DNA of 64,000 nucleotides from NCBI RefSeq assembly GCF_988242995.1, contig NZ_OZ547043.1; one strand, 5' to 3'. Shown piece by piece: positions 59,287 to 64,000 of this stretch (position 1 is its first letter; each line of letters starts with the position of its first letter). The notes under the pieces were generated by a model. It saw only the letters and a program-made list of their open reading frames with translations, ran no database searches and was not told where the DNA came from. The position numbers and the translations under genes were made by a program.

Positions 59287-60417
59287 GGGAACAACTTTCG
59301 GGCGCAAAAACATTGCCGGAAGCGCCACCAGCGCCATCACCCAGAACACGCCGTGTCCCAGATATTGATACAGGAAACCGGCGAAAACGGTCATGATCGC
59401 AATACTGCCGCCCATCGCGACGGCAGAGTAAACCGCCTGTAAACGGATGACTTCGCTACCCTGGCGAGCGGCAATATAGCGCATGGCGGCCAGGTGGCAG
59501 ACCGTGAAGGTGCCACAATGCAGAATTTGCACCACTATCAACCACGGCAACGCCGTAGTTACTCCCATAATGCCCCAGCGCACTACGCCGCAAATCGCTG
59601 AGATCAACAGCATATCGCGTGCACTACAACGGCGGAAAAGTTTATTACTCAGCGCAAAGATAATGACTTCCGCCACCACGCCCAGCGACCACAAATAGCC
59701 CACCGCCGAGGCCGAGTAGCCAGCAGCCTGCCAGTAAATGGCGCTAAAACCGTAATAGGCCGCATGCGCCCCCTGCAATAAACAAACGCAGGCCAGAAAG
59801 CGCCAGTTCTGGCGAACCAACGCCAACCACGCAGACCAACCGGTGCTCTCCTGCTGGCGGCTTGCCCCTTGTGGCTGAATCGTCGGACGGATGAGAAAGC
59901 CGAGCAGCATGGATGCCACGCCCAACGTCAACAGCGCGAGGATCACCCGATAATCAAACATACTGACCAGTTTGCCCGTCAGCGCCGAGCCAATGACAAA
60001 CGCTACCGAGCCCCACAATCGCACTTTGCCGTAATCAAGCGGGAACTGCTTTTGCCACGTATTCGCCAGTGCATCGGTCAACGGTACCAGCGGTGAGAAA
60101 AAGAGGTTAAAGCCAATCATCACCAGCATCAGCCACGCTACGTGCGCCCCCGCCCAGAAGGCGACAGCAAAGAGAAGTGTCAGCAGTGCCAGCACGCGCA
60201 AGGCGGAAATCAGGCGAGAAGGATCGCTGACGCGGGGCGCGATGAGCAAGCTCCCGAGAAAACGGGCAACCAGACCTGCCCCCAATAACAGGCCGATGGT
60301 TTCTGGCGTTAAACCAATCCCCTTAAGCCAAACGCTCCAGAAAGGTAGAAAAATGCCGTAACTAAAAAAGTATGTGAAATAGCCGAGCGCCAACCAGCGC
60401 GTGGATTGCAAAACCAT
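59278..60417 (-). CDS. hcaT: MFS transporter HcaT (putative 3-phenylpropionate transporter)
   Basis: ORF track; 379 aa, polytopic; 3' end overlaps csiE 3' end by 9 nt. Confidence 0.92.
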   Translation of the reverse strand: MVLQSTRWLALGYFTYFFSYGIFLPFWSVWLKGIGLTPETIGLLLGAGLVARFLGSLLIAPRVSDPSRLISALRVLALLTLLFAVAFWAGAHVAWLMLVMIGFNLFFSPLVPLTDALANTWQKQFPLDYGKVRLWGSVAFVIGSALTGKLVSMFDYRVILALLTLGVASMLLGFLIRPTIQPQGASRQQESTGWSAWLALVRQNWRFLACVCLLQGAHAAYYGFSAIYWQAAGYSASAVGYLWSLGVVAEVIIFALSNKLFRRCSARDMLLISAICGVVRWGIMGVTTALPWLIVVQILHCGTFTVCHLAAMRYIAARQGSEVIRLQAVYSAVAMGGSIAIMTVFAGFLYQYLGHGVFWVMALVALPAMFLRPKVVPSC

Positions 60418-60576
60418 GAGTCCCTCCCGTCAGGAGGCGTTAGTCTGGGGTTAATCGAATGTTGGTGCAAGTTGAAAAATAAGAATATTCGAGCCTGCTT
60501 CCCGATGTCTGTAACGCCAGTTCACAAGCACTAAAAAACTGCGATCCGCGACGCGTTTTGCAAAAATAATGCGTAA

Positions 60577-61467
60577 TTATGCCGTTACGCTTGCCAAACG
60601 TTCCTGCACAATGGCGATGAAATCGCGTAATGCCGGCTTCATCTCCCCTTTCTTCCACGCCATCAGTAAAGCAATGGAAGGCACATTTCCGGCAATGGGT
60701 CGAAATACCACCTGGCCGGTATTAAAATTATTCATATAACCGGGTATCAAAGTGACGCCCAGCCCCATCCCCACCAGATTCATGGTCACCAGAATATTCG
60801 TTGCCACCTGGACGATATTTGGCTGGCTGTTTTCTTGCGCAAACCACGCTTTAACGATCGGCGCAAGCGAACCGGAATACGCTGGATCAGTACTGACGAA
60901 ATTCACGCCATCCAGTTGCGCGGCAGTGATCTCTTTTTCATGTGCTAAAGGGTGATCAACCGGTAACACCACCACTAATGGTTCGTCAAAAAGCTCCAGA
61001 TAATCAATCTCCGGGCTATAAACAGGATGGCGCATTAAGCCGACGTCGAGTTCACCACGGCGAATTTTTTCTTCCTGTTCCGTGGTGATTAAACTCACCA
61101 GCTCAATTAAGGTATCTGGCTGTCTGAGACGAAACATCGGTAATACTTTTGGCAGTAAATTCACTTCCGCCGATGGCACAAAGCCAATGGTTAATTGTCT
61201 GTCTTCCTGAACAATTTTCCGCGCCCGTAATTTGGCATTTTCCGCTTGTTCGAGGATTGCCAGCGCGTCCTGGAGAAAACATTCTCCCGCCGCCGTCAAC
61301 GCGACTTTGCGCTTATCCCTCACCAGTAACGGAACACCGACACAGTTTTCAAGATCGCGGATCTGGCTGCTTAACGAAGGCTGTGAGGTATGCAGTTTTT
61401 CCGCCGCACGGGTAAAGTTCAGTGCCTGCGCCACTGCGACGAAATAGCGTAAATGCCGTAGTTCCAT
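60577..61467 (-). CDS. hcaR: LysR-family activator of the hca operon
   Basis: ORF track 60577..61560; MELRHLRYFVAVAQALNFTRAAEKLHTSQPSLSSQIRDLE from the internal ATG, 296 aa. Confidence 0.92.
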   Translation of the reverse strand: MELRHLRYFVAVAQALNFTRAAEKLHTSQPSLSSQIRDLENCVGVPLLVRDKRKVALTAAGECFLQDALAILEQAENAKLRARKIVQEDRQLTIGFVPSAEVNLLPKVLPMFRLRQPDTLIELVSLITTEQEEKIRRGELDVGLMRHPVYSPEIDYLELFDEPLVVVLPVDHPLAHEKEITAAQLDGVNFVSTDPAYSGSLAPIVKAWFAQENSQPNIVQVATNILVTMNLVGMGLGVTLIPGYMNNFNTGQVVFRPIAGNVPSIALLMAWKKGEMKPALRDFIAIVQERLASVTA

Positions 61468-61566
61468 CACCTTCCCCTTGTTATCGAAAAAACGTCTCAG
61501 CTGGTAGAAATTAACTATTTCACATATCAGCAACCAACCAGCAACATCCTTATGGCACAAAAATAG

Positions 61567-63478
<1,912 letters not shown>

Positions 63479-63479
<1 letters not shown>

Positions 63480-63799
63480 TGAATCGAATTTATGCGTGTC
63501 CCGTTGCGGATGTGCCGGAGGGTGAGGCTCTCCGGATCGATACCTCGCCCGTCATCGCCCTGTTCAACGTAGGCGGCGAGTTTTATGCCATTAACGATCG
63601 TTGCAGCCATGGTAATGCGTCGATGTCAGAAGGGTATCTGGAAGATGACGCCACGGTGGAGTGCCCGCTGCACGCCGCCAGTTTTTGCCTGAAAACGGGG
63701 AAAGCGTTATGCCTGCCCGCCACCGATCCGCTAACCACTTATCCAGTACACGTTGAAGGTGGTGACATCTTCATCGACTTACCGGAGGCGCAGCCATGA
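63479..63799 (+). CDS. hcaC: 3-phenylpropionate dioxygenase ferredoxin subunit (Rieske)
   Basis: ORF track; 106 aa; Rieske ligands CSHGNAS ... CPLHAASF. Confidence 0.94.
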
Positions 63800-64000
63800 G
63801 CGATCTGCATAACGAGTCCATCTTTATTACCGGCGGCGGATCGGGATTAGGCCTGGCGCTGGTCGAGCGATTTATCGAAGAAGGCGCGCAGGTTGCCACG
63901 CTGGAACTGTCGGCGGCAAAAGTCGCCAGTCTGCGTCAGCGATTTGGCGAACATATTCTGGCGGTGGAAGGTAACGTGACCTGCTATGCCGATTATCAAC
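63796..64000 (+). CDS. hcaB: cis-dihydrodiol dehydrogenase HcaB (SDR family), N-terminal 68 codons; continues past window end
   Basis: ATG overlapping the hcaC stop (ATGA); [34 protein letters not shown] has the SDR TGxxxGxG NAD-binding motif; open to the window end. Confidence 0.85.

Overview
This window is a contiguous Escherichia coli chromosomal segment, almost all conserved core genes, with two accessory insertions. Gene order: uraA (partial), upp, purMN, ppk-ppx, pdeF(yfgF), yfgG, yfgH, yfgI, an IS200 insertion, guaBA, xseA, an ~11.6-kb island, yfgJ, der, bamB, yfgM, hisS, ispG, rodZ, rlmN, ndk, pbpC, yfhM, sseA, the ryfA region, sseB, pepB, the isc operon (iscRSUA-hscBA-fdx-iscX), trmJ, suhB, yfhR, csiE, hcaT, hcaR and hcaEFCB (hcaB partial). 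The island lies between the convergent 3' ends of xseA and yfgJ, which are adjacent in K-12 as I recall it. It carries three same-strand genes: a 2680-aa secreted protein built from nine tandem Ig-like modules (RatA-like), a 325-aa secreted protein (SinI-like), and a ~725-aa intimin/invasin-type inverse autotransporter (SinH-like). This matches the ratA-sinI-sinH segment of the Salmonella CS54 island as I remember it, so it is a known but functionally poorly characterised adhesin locus rather than a wholly undescribed system. The most interesting thing I can see directly is that SinI looks like a mosaic: its C-terminus resembles the distal passenger domain of SinH and its mature N-terminus shares a motif with the giant protein. 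Other points worth a second look are palindromes in the island's intergenic regions, an IS200 copy inserted between yfgI and the guaA terminator, and reiterated hairpin-containing units plus a 41-codon hydrophobic ORF in the sseA-sseB spacer. No tRNA, rRNA, CRISPR array or prophage integrase was found. Coordinates of features not in the ORF track were placed by hand and may be off by 1-2 nt; gene starts were trimmed from the ORF track where the known protein N-terminus begins at an internal start codon.
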